A stretch of 45,002 nucleotides of DNA, taken from positions 1 through 45,002 of the forward strand of contig JAFNZX010000220.1 of assembly GCA_017382615.1 (NCBI GenBank), written 5' to 3'. This document shows, piece after piece, positions 32,031-41,155 of this stretch (within the stretch, counting starts at the first letter, position 1; the number at the start of each line of letters is the position of its first letter). A program made the position numbers and the translations under genes. The DNA comes from Clostridia bacterium. GTDB lineage: Bacteria; Bacillota; Clostridia; Oscillospirales; CAG-272. The notes beneath the pieces are model-generated. The model did no database searches. It was not told the DNA's origin and worked only from the letters and a program-made list of their open reading frames with translations.

Positions 32031-33620
32031 ATGAAACTTACGAGACGCTACCTTTCCCTGGCAGTTGCCTTGACCATGATCCTTGGCTGCTTTGTATGCC
32101 TTGGCTTTACCGCTTCCGCTGCAGCTGAGCCCGAGATCGTCCGTGACGGTCTGGTCGCTTGGTACGACGGTTCCAACAACTCCAATGGTTATCAGGATTC
32201 TGAAACCACCATCTGGAGAGACCTCTCCGGCAACAAAAACCACTTCAACGTTCGTGTAAACGAGACCAACTATTGGACCCAAAACGCTTTCCACTTGGAT
32301 TCCGCATCCTACTACTTCCCCCAGGCAGTTGTTGACCTTGTCAACACTGACTCTTACACCATTGAGTTCTCCGCAGGCGACCTTGACCTCAAGGCAACTA
32401 ACTGGAACACGCTGATGTGCTCCGATAACGATGAGTTCTCTCTCTTCATCCGCGTTCCCGAGCAGAACGAGGGCAGAGACTACCTGGAGTACAAGTACAA
32501 CGACAAGAACCAGGATCGCCCCCTGGTTGACGACGGTGCTGCAGCACTTGAGAGTGACGGCATTGGCTCTACCATTGCAATCACCTTTGATATGAATGCT
32601 GCTGAAGGTCCTGTCTGCATCATCTACATCAACGGTATTGAGAAAGGCAGAGGCGTGCCCGAGTACACCAACATTGCCGACACCCTGACCATTGGTCACG
32701 ACAACCCTCAGCGTGCATGGTCCGCTGACCTGTACAGCATTCGCTTCTACGACAGAGCGCTTACCCCTGCAGAGGTAAAGGACAACGCAGAGGCTGATGA
32801 TGAAAAGTACCGCTATGGCACCTATTATCCTCCTAAGGTGGAATACGTTGATGACGGTGAGACCTTTGAAGACGCGATGACCGGCGAATATTTCAACAAC
32901 ATCATTCCTATGAACGCTGAGCTGGGTTTGATTGATACGCAGGGCTTCTACAGCACGCACTCCATCAACAAGGAGATCTACGGTGATTGGACCGGCGTAC
33001 GCGTTAATCCCAATGCCGAATACGATCTTGATGAAGGCGGCGCGCTTCTGACTCCCATGATCCAGATCAACTATTCCAAATACTGCCGTAAGGCAGGCCT
33101 GACCCTGCTCAACGGTGAGGACATTCCTTATGCAGTTGTGAAGCTCAAGGCACAGGGCGAAAGCATTACCAAGGTAAACCTGGTTCCCGTTGCCGGTGAT
33201 CATCACTCCTGGTTTGAGGCAGTTAATCATACTGCTGAAAACGTTAACGCAATCAAGGCAAACGGCGAGACCGAGTATCTGATCTTCGATCTGTCCTACA
33301 CCTGGGAGGGCGGCATCAACCTGATCTGCCTTGCATTCCCCGAGATGACCGCTGACGCTACCGTATACGTTGAAGAGATCCAGCTCTTTGCTACCAAGGA
33401 AGAGGCTTACGCTTACGCAGGCGAGGAGATCCCCACCAAGGCTCCCGAAACCGAAGAGCCCACTACCGAAGCTCCCACAGCTGAAGTTACCACCGACAAG
33501 GCTGAAACCACCACCGAGGCTGAAAAGTCCGAGGGCGGCTGCAAGTCCGCAGTTGCTATGTCCCTGGTTGCACTGGTAGCAGTTGCTGCTGCTTGCGTAG
33601 CACTCAAGAAGAAGGACTAA
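32031..33620 (+). CDS. secreted LamG (Laminin_G_3) domain protein with unassigned middle domain, Thr/Glu/Pro linker and C-terminal hydrophobic tail anchor
   Basis: 529 aa with the signal peptide MKLTRRYLSLAVALTMILGCFVCLGFTASAAA. The LamG module runs from LVAWYDGSNN...WRDLSGNKNH to LYSIRFYDRALTPAEV. The linker is PTKAPETEEPTTEAPTAEVTTDKAETTTEAEKSE, and the C-terminus is GGCKSAVAMSLVALVAVAAACVALKKKD. Confidence 0.75.
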   Translation: MKLTRRYLSLAVALTMILGCFVCLGFTASAAAEPEIVRDGLVAWYDGSNNSNGYQDSETTIWRDLSGNKNHFNVRVNETNYWTQNAFHLDSASYYFPQAVVDLVNTDSYTIEFSAGDLDLKATNWNTLMCSDNDEFSLFIRVPEQNEGRDYLEYKYNDKNQDRPLVDDGAAALESDGIGSTIAITFDMNAAEGPVCIIYINGIEKGRGVPEYTNIADTLTIGHDNPQRAWSADLYSIRFYDRALTPAEVKDNAEADDEKYRYGTYYPPKVEYVDDGETFEDAMTGEYFNNIIPMNAELGLIDTQGFYSTHSINKEIYGDWTGVRVNPNAEYDLDEGGALLTPMIQINYSKYCRKAGLTLLNGEDIPYAVVKLKAQGESITKVNLVPVAGDHHSWFEAVNHTAENVNAIKANGETEYLIFDLSYTWEGGINLICLAFPEMTADATVYVEEIQLFATKEEAYAYAGEEIPTKAPETEEPTTEAPTAEVTTDKAETTTEAEKSEGGCKSAVAMSLVALVAVAAACVALKKKD

Positions 33621-33655
33621 CGCTTTAGAAACAACGCATCTCCAATGATGTATAT

Positions 33656-33702
33656 GACCCGTACCATGCACGATATTTTCGTTATGGTGCGGGTCTGTTT
33701 TC
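33656..33702 (+). terminator. rho-independent terminator
   Basis: gacccgtaccat (33656-33667) pairs with atggtgcgggtc (33684-33695) with one G-U pair. It is followed by tgttttc. Confidence 0.65.
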
Positions 33703-33735
33703 TGATATGCTTACCGCTTTTTTTGCTTTTTTGTG

Positions 33736-33764
33736 TTGATTTACAACAGAATCTCTGCTATAAT
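33736..33764 (+). promoter_or_regulatory. SigA-type promoter for the MFS-GH38-GH3-GDPD-GH78 operon
   Basis: TTGATT (33736-33741), a 17 nt spacer, then TATAAT (33759-33764). Confidence 0.65.
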
Positions 33765-33826
33765 AAATCCATGCAAAAAAACAAAAAAACAAATTTCTAT
33801 ATACTCTATATATACATGAGGAACAC

Positions 33827-35110
33827 ATGAAAAGCAAGAAAATATTGACCTCTATGAAAAGCAGCCGCGCGCTGATGATCACCTGCTGGCTGATTTACAT
33901 GATCGCTTATCTGACCAGAAACACCTATACCGCTTCCATCGTGCATCTGACGGGCGAAGGGCTGCTGACCACTTCCTTGGCAGGTCTTGTCAGCACCTGC
34001 TACTTCGTCAGCTACGGCTGCGGACACCTCATCAACGGCTTTTTAGCCGATCGCACCCGTCCCGTTGTCATGTTGGGCGCAGGCATTATGGGAACGGCAC
34101 TTGCCAACGTGCTCATGCCCGTCGTAACCCCCAACGTACCGCTCATGATCGTCGTTTGGACGGCAAACGGCTTTTTTGAATCCATGCTGTGGGCACCCAT
34201 TTTCGTGCTGCTCTCCGGCGTGCTGACCGAAAAGCTGCGTTTTACCGCCCTTTCCACCATTTCCTATTCGCGCCCCACGGGTCAGATCTTGGCATATCTG
34301 TTCACTGCGGGCTGTACGTACTTCAATATCGGCTTCAAAGCCCCCTTCTTTATCGCTACTGTCTGCGCGGTTGCCTCCTGCGTGCTGCTGATCATTGTAG
34401 CTGCGTGGGCTTTCTCCGCCCCCGACGTACAGGTGGTGGCGGTCTCCACTAAGGAGCAGAAAAAAACGTCTCCCGCAAGCTCGGTATCACTCTTCAAGCT
34501 GCTTTTGATCAGTGGCGCACTGATCTTTACTGTGCCCGTTGTGTTCCACGGCATGCTCAAGGACGGCGTGAACACCTGGGTTCCCACCATCCTGCGCGAC
34601 AGCTTTGATGTGGACGAAACGCTCTCTACCGTGCTCGCCATCGTGCTGCCGCTCATTGCACTGCTGGGCTTTACCTTGGCTAATTTCCTGCTTAAGAGAA
34701 AACGCCTGCATGAAAATCACCCCCTGATCGGAATCATTCTCATGGGTGCAGCTGCCGTTCCCACGCTGATTTTACTGGGCGTGCGCGGCATGTCGTTTGT
34801 GGCGGGACTTATCTGCCTGTGCGCGATCTCTCTGCTCATGGAATCCTTCAACCACGTCTATTCCACCATGATGCCCGCAAAATTTGCCCATTACGGCAAA
34901 GCAGCTACCGTCTCCGGCATTATGAATTCCTTGATCTACATAGGTAGTGCCATTTCCACCTACCTGTTCGGACTCGTTGCCGAGTGGTTGGGCTGGAGCA
35001 CCACCATCTTTATCTGGTTATGCCTCGCGCTTGTGGGTGCAGCCATCCTGGCTTTTGCCATCAAACCCTGGAAACGTTTTATTGCACAAATGGAGGAGCA
35101 AGCAAAATGA
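33827..35110 (+). CDS. MFS transporter (427 aa, ~12 TM)
   Basis: Hydrophobic segments alternate throughout the protein. An MFS-like loop, GFLADRTRP, follows TM2. The stop overlaps the next start as ATGA (35107-35110). Confidence 0.8.
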   Translation: MKSKKILTSMKSSRALMITCWLIYMIAYLTRNTYTASIVHLTGEGLLTTSLAGLVSTCYFVSYGCGHLINGFLADRTRPVVMLGAGIMGTALANVLMPVVTPNVPLMIVVWTANGFFESMLWAPIFVLLSGVLTEKLRFTALSTISYSRPTGQILAYLFTAGCTYFNIGFKAPFFIATVCAVASCVLLIIVAAWAFSAPDVQVVAVSTKEQKKTSPASSVSLFKLLLISGALIFTVPVVFHGMLKDGVNTWVPTILRDSFDVDETLSTVLAIVLPLIALLGFTLANFLLKRKRLHENHPLIGIILMGAAAVPTLILLGVRGMSFVAGLICLCAISLLMESFNHVYSTMMPAKFAHYGKAATVSGIMNSLIYIGSAISTYLFGLVAEWLGWSTTIFIWLCLALVGAAILAFAIKPWKRFIAQMEEQAK

Positions 35111-38100
35111 AAAAGAACAGAAAGCTTTACGCAGTATCCAACGCACACCTGGACACCCAGTGGAACTGGACCATTCAGGATACCATACGCGACTGTGTGA
35201 AAAACACCTTGGCGGATAACTTTGCGCTGTTTGAAAAGTACCCGCATTATCGCATGAACTTTGAGGGAGCATTCCGCTATGCGCTTGCCAAGGAATACTA
35301 CCCCGAGCTTTACGAAAAGCTTAAGGAATACGTAGCCCAAGGAAAATGGAACGTTTCGGGCAGCCAATGGGATGCAACCGATACCAACGTCCCCTCCTCC
35401 GAGGCGTATATGCGCCAGATTTTGCTGGGTAACGGCTTTTTTGAGCAGGAATTCGGCAAAAAGAGCAAGGACATTTTCCTTTCCGACTGCTTTGGCTTCC
35501 GTTATTCTCTGCCCTCCATTGCCGCACACATGGGCTTGGTTGGATTTTCCACGCAAAAGCTGCAGTGGGGCATCAGCACCCCCATCATACACGAGGACGG
35601 CAGCGTAACAAGACCCATGCCGGACGAGAACGCTGTGCGCATGGACCTTGGAAAATGGATTGGTCCTGACGGCAATTTCGTCATAGGCTCTCTCAATGCC
35701 AACGACTACACGCTGAAATTTGAAAAAGATCCAGAGCAGCGACCCATCCACGACCGCAAGGAATATACGCAGAAAATCGATCACAACGACACGTACGCAG
35801 GCGTTGCCGCGCACATGATGTACTTCGGCACGGGTGACTACGGTGGATCTGCGACCGATGAATCAGCACGCTACCTCAACGATGCGGTTGCACAAAACGG
35901 TGATGACAAGGATTTCGAGGTCATTGCAGGCTCTACCGAGCAGATCTTTACCGATCTGACCCCCGAGCAAATTGACAATCTGCCTGCTTATAAGGGCAAT
36001 TTGCATATTCCCCACGGCTTTGGCACGCTGACCTCGCACGCTATCAGCAAGCGTTGGAACAGAAAGTGCGAGCTGCTTGCCGATAGCGCAGAGCGCGCAG
36101 CCTCGGTTGCCAAGTGGCTGGGCACGGGCAGATACCCCAAGGAGCGACTGGACTTTGCCTGGAAGCTGTTTTTGTGGCATCAATTCCACGACGACCTGCC
36201 CGGTACCTCTATTTTGGACGCTTACCGCTTCAGCTACAACGACTACGTCATCGCGCAAAACGTGCTTGCCGACGAGCTGACCGCATCGGTAGACGCAGTC
36301 GCCTCTGCTTTGCATACCAACGTGCCCGGACAACCCGTGGTGGTATATAACCCCGTAGCAGCCTCCCGTACCGATCTTGTCACCGCTTCCCTGCCCGCAG
36401 GCGCGGCGTTTGCGCGTGTTTATACTGCCGACGGCACCGAAGTACCCTCACAGGTATCCGTTGACAACGGTGAGCGCGTTTTGAAATTCGTTGCGACGGT
36501 TGCCCCCGTCAGCTTCACGGTGTATAGCGTAGTGGCATCGGATGCGCCCTGCGCACTCCCCACCAACCTCTCTGTCACCGAGAACTGCCTGGAAAACGCA
36601 AGATACAAGGTCACCATCAACGCACAGGGACATATCGCATCGATTTGGGACAAGAGCTGCAACCGCGAGCTGCTGTCCGCTCCCTCTGCGCTTGGCAAGA
36701 GAGAAGATAATAACGAAAAATGGCCCTCTTGGGAGCTCAAATACGAGGATACCAAGCTCCCCTTTACCAACGTGGGCGGAGATGTCACTTTTGAGATTGC
36801 CGAGCAAGACGCCGCTACTGTGGCACTCAAGATCACACACAAGGACGGCGTGAGCACGTTTGTGCAGACAGTACGCCTTACGGCAGGCGTTGAGCGCGTG
36901 GACGTGGAAAATGAGGTGGAATGGCACGAGAGAGCAACGCTTTTGTCGGCAGGCTTCCCTCTGACCGTTTCCAATCCCACCGCTACCTTTGATATAGGCC
37001 TTGGCGCAGAGGAGCTGGGCAATACAGACTCCTTCCCCTACTTCCAGCACTGCGTGCACCAGTGGGCAGACATCTGTGAGCCTGACGGCTCGTTTGGCAT
37101 TGCCATTCTCAACGATTGCAAATACGGCATGGAAAAGCCCACCGACGACACGCTGCGCCTGACGCTCATCCATACGCCCAAAGCACCCTTCAAGTACATC
37201 AGCGGACAGGACTGGCAGGATCAAGGCTGCAACATCTTCAAGTATGGCTTTACCTCGCATGCCGGCAACCGCGACGGCGTGGCAATCGAAGCAGAATGCT
37301 TTAACAATCCCCTCTTTGCATTTGCAGCTGACGCGCACGACGGCAAATCAAGCTGTATCAGCTTTGCAAGCGTCAACGACAAAGAGGTTGCAATCCGCTG
37401 CATCAAAGAGGAACAAAAGGGTAATCGCCTGATCGTTCGCGTGCAGGAAACTGCAGGCAGAGATCACTGCGGCGTTCAGCTGACGCTGGCGGCAGACATT
37501 CTGCACGCCCTGGAAACCAACGGCTACGAAGAGGGCAACGGCTCTGTTGCATTCGACGCGCACGCGCTGACCTTTGACATGACTCCCTTCTCGGTTAAGA
37601 CCTTTGCCATCGAAATACGCAACACGCAGGCGGACGACGTCCTCGGCACGCCCGTTGCGCTGGACTATAACAAACGCGTAACCACCTCCCGCTTTGACTA
37701 TACCGCAGGTGAGTTTGGCAAGGGCATCTCCATTCCCGAGGAGTTGTTCGGACAGACCGTTTACAGCGGCGGCTTGCGCTTTGCGCTGGGCAAGGCAGGT
37801 GCGTGCAACGCCGTGCTTTGCGACGGTCAAACCGTTTCCCTGCCCGCAGGGACAAAGCGCGTTGTACTTCTGGCAGCCTCCCGCAGCGGTGACGTAACCG
37901 TTACCTTTGGCGTGGGCGACAAGAGCGTATCCCGCAAAATCACCGACTTCTGCGAAAACGTAGGCACTTGGGATCAGGTTGCTGCAGGCGACACAGCCTT
38001 TATCAAGCGCGATCCCGTAGCGATCAGCTATTCTCACACGCACGACGCAGACGGCGACCGCCTGTATAAATTTGCCAATATTTTTGCCTATACCATTGAA

Positions 38101-38910
38101 ACCGAGGGTGCAGACAGCATTACCCTGCCCGCAGGCGAGCAGGTCGTGCTCATGGCGCTCACCGCAATCACAAACAATCAAAAGACCACCGTTCCCACAG
38201 CGCCTCTTTATGATTTTGTCCCCGAAAAGACTTCTCCCACCTACACCCTGACCTCCGTTGACATGAACAGCTCGGGCGTATATCACGAGGGCGAGCTGAT
38301 CCGCGTTGCCGCTCCCCGTTGCAACGGAAACGGTACGTTTGAACGCTTTGGCGGAAATGCTGATATCATCTGGCAAGAGGACGTGCAGGCACTGGTGCGC
38401 ATAGGCACAGAGGATGCCACCATTTATCCCATCTTTTCAGATTTTGGCACCAACGTCGTGCTGAACAAGCCCTGCCGCGCAAATCACAGCCGCGAAAACC
38501 TTGGAGAATACGCCGCAAACGCGCTCAATGGCGACAGCAAGAGCAAGTGGGCAGGCATTGCCGAGGCAGCAGATACCGAAACGGGTCATGCCGCTTGGCT
38601 GGAGGTGGATCTCGAAGAGGTTACCCCCATCTACAAGTGGCTGGTACTGCATTGCGGCGAATACGAGGACAGAAACGACAATACCGTTGACTATTTCCTG
38701 CAATATAAGCAGACAGAGGACGGCGAATGGCTGACCGCCGACGAGGTATGGGGCAACCGCACTGACATGACGCTGCGTGAATTTGCACCCGTGCAGGCGC
38801 GCTACGTGCGTCTCTACATCATCAGACCTACCCCCCACGCCGACAAGACCGCACGCATTTACCAATTCCACGTGTACAGCGTGCCCGAACAAAACGGTCA
38901 ACAGCAGTAA
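35107..38910 (+). CDS. GH38 alpha-mannosidase with C-terminal F5/8 type C (discoidin/CBM32-like) domain, no signal peptide (1267 aa)
   Basis: Track ORF 34984..38910, trimmed to MKKNRKLYAVSNAHLDTQWNW (ATG 35107). GH38 N-terminal motifs are present: AHLDTQWNW, GKWNVSGSQWDATDTNVPSSEA and DCFGF. The C-terminal segment ALNGDSKSKWAG...AWLEVDL...ARYVRLYI is F5/8-C-like. Confidence 0.85.
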   Translation: MKKNRKLYAVSNAHLDTQWNWTIQDTIRDCVKNTLADNFALFEKYPHYRMNFEGAFRYALAKEYYPELYEKLKEYVAQGKWNVSGSQWDATDTNVPSSEAYMRQILLGNGFFEQEFGKKSKDIFLSDCFGFRYSLPSIAAHMGLVGFSTQKLQWGISTPIIHEDGSVTRPMPDENAVRMDLGKWIGPDGNFVIGSLNANDYTLKFEKDPEQRPIHDRKEYTQKIDHNDTYAGVAAHMMYFGTGDYGGSATDESARYLNDAVAQNGDDKDFEVIAGSTEQIFTDLTPEQIDNLPAYKGNLHIPHGFGTLTSHAISKRWNRKCELLADSAERAASVAKWLGTGRYPKERLDFAWKLFLWHQFHDDLPGTSILDAYRFSYNDYVIAQNVLADELTASVDAVASALHTNVPGQPVVVYNPVAASRTDLVTASLPAGAAFARVYTADGTEVPSQVSVDNGERVLKFVATVAPVSFTVYSVVASDAPCALPTNLSVTENCLENARYKVTINAQGHIASIWDKSCNRELLSAPSALGKREDNNEKWPSWELKYEDTKLPFTNVGGDVTFEIAEQDAATVALKITHKDGVSTFVQTVRLTAGVERVDVENEVEWHERATLLSAGFPLTVSNPTATFDIGLGAEELGNTDSFPYFQHCVHQWADICEPDGSFGIAILNDCKYGMEKPTDDTLRLTLIHTPKAPFKYISGQDWQDQGCNIFKYGFTSHAGNRDGVAIEAECFNNPLFAFAADAHDGKSSCISFASVNDKEVAIRCIKEEQKGNRLIVRVQETAGRDHCGVQLTLAADILHALETNGYEEGNGSVAFDAHALTFDMTPFSVKTFAIEIRNTQADDVLGTPVALDYNKRVTTSRFDYTAGEFGKGISIPEELFGQTVYSGGLRFALGKAGACNAVLCDGQTVSLPAGTKRVVLLAASRSGDVTVTFGVGDKSVSRKITDFCENVGTWDQVAAGDTAFIKRDPVAISYSHTHDADGDRLYKFANIFAYTIETEGADSITLPAGEQVVLMALTAITNNQKTTVPTAPLYDFVPEKTSPTYTLTSVDMNSSGVYHEGELIRVAAPRCNGNGTFERFGGNADIIWQEDVQALVRIGTEDATIYPIFSDFGTNVVLNKPCRANHSRENLGEYAANALNGDSKSKWAGIAEAADTETGHAAWLEVDLEEVTPIYKWLVLHCGEYEDRNDNTVDYFLQYKQTEDGEWLTADEVWGNRTDMTLREFAPVQARYVRLYIIRPTPHADKTARIYQFHVYSVPEQNGQQQ

Positions 38911-38970
38911 TGCGTCAAGTCATATCAATCGTGCCGGTGTCACCCTGCGTGACGCCATGGAGGTGTTTTT

Positions 38971-41154
38971 TTGAATACTGAATCAAAAAATCGAGCAAGG
39001 CAGCTGCTTGCGCAGCTGACCTTAGAGGAAAAGCTTTACCAGCTGTCCGCTCAAATGCTGTTCGACGTTGCACCCGATTACGAGCAGCAACGTGACCACA
39101 AGCATGGAAATTATCGCAATCCGGGTCATTTCATGCACGCCAAGCGGCAAGAGCCTGCGTCCCCCTCGGAGGTGGCTGCGCGTATCAATCGCGACGTGCA
39201 GCTGACCATGGATGCGCACCCCCATGCCGTACCGCCCCTTGAGCACGGCGAAGCGTTGCACGGTGCACAATGGGGCATGGCAACCTGCTTCCCGCAGCCC
39301 ATCGGCATGGCGTCTACCTTTGATGACGAGCTGGTCGCAAGGATCGCGGATGTGATCGGCAAGGAGTGTGCTGCCGTGGGCGTCAGACAGGCGTTGACCC
39401 CGGTGGTCAATATCGCGCGTGACTGCCGTTGGGGAAGAACCATTGAGACCTTTGGCGAGGACGTTCTGCTCTCGTCCAACATGGGCGTGGCGATGTGCCG
39501 CGGTCTGCAGAAAAACGGTGTCATTGCCACCCCCAAGCATTTTGCGGATAATTATTCCGACGGCGGCCGCGATTCCAATTACTCATATACCTCGGAGCGA
39601 ACCATGCGCCGGGTGTATCTCAAGCCGTTTGAGAAGTGCTTGGGCGAGGGCGGCGCTATGTCGGTCATGGCGGCGTACAACGCCTGGGAGGGCGTTCCTT
39701 GCTCCTGCAACGAGCGTCTGCTGACCGAAATTCTCCGTGATGAATGGGAATTTGAAGGATTCGTGGTTTCCGATTACTGGGGCGTTGAGGGCATTTACGA
39801 GGCACATAAGCTGGTGGATTCCTACCCGAAGGCGCAATCCCGCTGCCTGAAGGCGGGGCTGGAGGTCAATCTCCCCCATACCTGCTATGAAAAGCTGGTC
39901 ACGGCGTTGGAGGATGGAGAGATCACCGAGGCTGACGTGGATCGCGCGGTTCTGCGCGTGCTGAGTGCCAAGTTTGCCATTGGGTTGATGGATGCACCCT
40001 TTGTCGATCCCGCGGCAGCCGATGCGCTGGTGCGCTGTGAAGCGCACAGACAGTTGGCGCTGGAGGCAGCCCGTCGCTCTATCGTGCTTTTGAAAAATGA
40101 AGGCGTGCTGCCGTTGGATCGCAAGCGGATTTCAAGGCTTGCCGTTTTCGGTGTCAGTGCCAACGAGCTTCCCGTGGGCAAGAACTATTCGGGACCCTTT
40201 CAGCGCTTGTGGGAGGCAGAGGACGCCAAAACGCCGCTGCAGTATCTGCGCGAGTATGTGGACGGCTATGCAGAGGTCATTTTTGCAGAGGATGAAAAAA
40301 TTGAGGAGATCGCCTCGGTGTGCGATGCAGCGATCTATTTCACCACAGTTGTGGAGGGCGAGGGCATGGATCGCTCCGATATCCGTTTGCCCGCGTATAC
40401 AAAAAAGATGCAGGAGGATGAGTCAGCCCTGATCGTTGGCAAATTCGAGATCGAGGTCAAGACCGATCAGGAACAAAGCATCCGTCGCATGAGTGCTGCC
40501 AACGCCAATTCCATCGTGATGCTGCTCAACGGTGCGCCCGTGGATATGAGTGCGTGGGTGGACGGCTGCGGCGCAATTTTGGAGGCGTGGTATCCCGGTG
40601 AGCAGGGCGCGCAGGCAATGACCGAGATCCTGTTTGGAAAGGTCAATCCCAGCGCCAAGCTTCCCATCACCTTTCCGCGCAGCGTGGGTCAGCTGCCCCT
40701 GTTTTACAGCAATATGCCCTCGGGGCGCGGCTACGGCTACGTGGAAAACGACGGCTCTCCGCTGTATCCCTTCGGCTACGGCTTGAGCTATACGACCTTT
40801 GCGCCCGAAAACGTGACCTGCACGAGCGAGGGCGATCGCCTGCAGATCTCGCTGGATCTGCATAATACGGGAGAATGCGACGGCGCGGAGGTCATCCAGA
40901 TCTATCTGTCGGGACGCAACGGCGACGTGGTCATGCCCGTGCGCGAGCTCAAGGCGTATCAGCGCGCAGAGGTGGCAGCCGGGGCATCTGTCCGTGTGGC
41001 GTTGGAGATCCCCGCCGAGGCGTTTTGCTATTATGATCACCGCATGGCGTACGGCATGCACGACTGTGACTACACGGTGTCGGTTGCAACCTCTTGCGTG
41101 GACGTGCATCGGGCATTTGAGGTAAGAGTGAGAGAGGGAAAGGTGCTTTTGTAA
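38971..41154 (+). CDS. GH3 beta-glucosidase/beta-hexosidase family enzyme (TTG start)
   Basis: 727 aa. It contains LTLEEKLYQL, KHFADNYSDGGRD, MAAYNAWEGVPCSCNERLLTEILRDEWEFEGFVVSDYWG (the GFVVSD nucleophile region), and the fibronectin-like C-terminus YGLSYTTF. The start codon is TTG at 38971, with GGAGG 7 nt upstream. Confidence 0.88.
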   Translation: MNTESKNRARQLLAQLTLEEKLYQLSAQMLFDVAPDYEQQRDHKHGNYRNPGHFMHAKRQEPASPSEVAARINRDVQLTMDAHPHAVPPLEHGEALHGAQWGMATCFPQPIGMASTFDDELVARIADVIGKECAAVGVRQALTPVVNIARDCRWGRTIETFGEDVLLSSNMGVAMCRGLQKNGVIATPKHFADNYSDGGRDSNYSYTSERTMRRVYLKPFEKCLGEGGAMSVMAAYNAWEGVPCSCNERLLTEILRDEWEFEGFVVSDYWGVEGIYEAHKLVDSYPKAQSRCLKAGLEVNLPHTCYEKLVTALEDGEITEADVDRAVLRVLSAKFAIGLMDAPFVDPAAADALVRCEAHRQLALEAARRSIVLLKNEGVLPLDRKRISRLAVFGVSANELPVGKNYSGPFQRLWEAEDAKTPLQYLREYVDGYAEVIFAEDEKIEEIASVCDAAIYFTTVVEGEGMDRSDIRLPAYTKKMQEDESALIVGKFEIEVKTDQEQSIRRMSAANANSIVMLLNGAPVDMSAWVDGCGAILEAWYPGEQGAQAMTEILFGKVNPSAKLPITFPRSVGQLPLFYSNMPSGRGYGYVENDGSPLYPFGYGLSYTTFAPENVTCTSEGDRLQISLDLHNTGECDGAEVIQIYLSGRNGDVVMPVRELKAYQRAEVAAGASVRVALEIPAEAFCYYDHRMAYGMHDCDYTVSVATSCVDVHRAFEVRVREGKVLL

Positions 41155-41155
41155 A

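Noticed and set aside
34984-35106. N-terminal extensions proposed by the ORF track, for example 34984 for GH38, 21262 for the GH99-like paralog, 28302 and 29439 for the AraC genes, and 6890, 13127, 17162, 24222 and 31308.
   Set aside because: - In each case an internal ATG with a properly spaced AGGAGG-like RBS gives a sensible N-terminus, either a signal peptide or a conserved start motif.
- The extensions overlap upstream genes or promoters.
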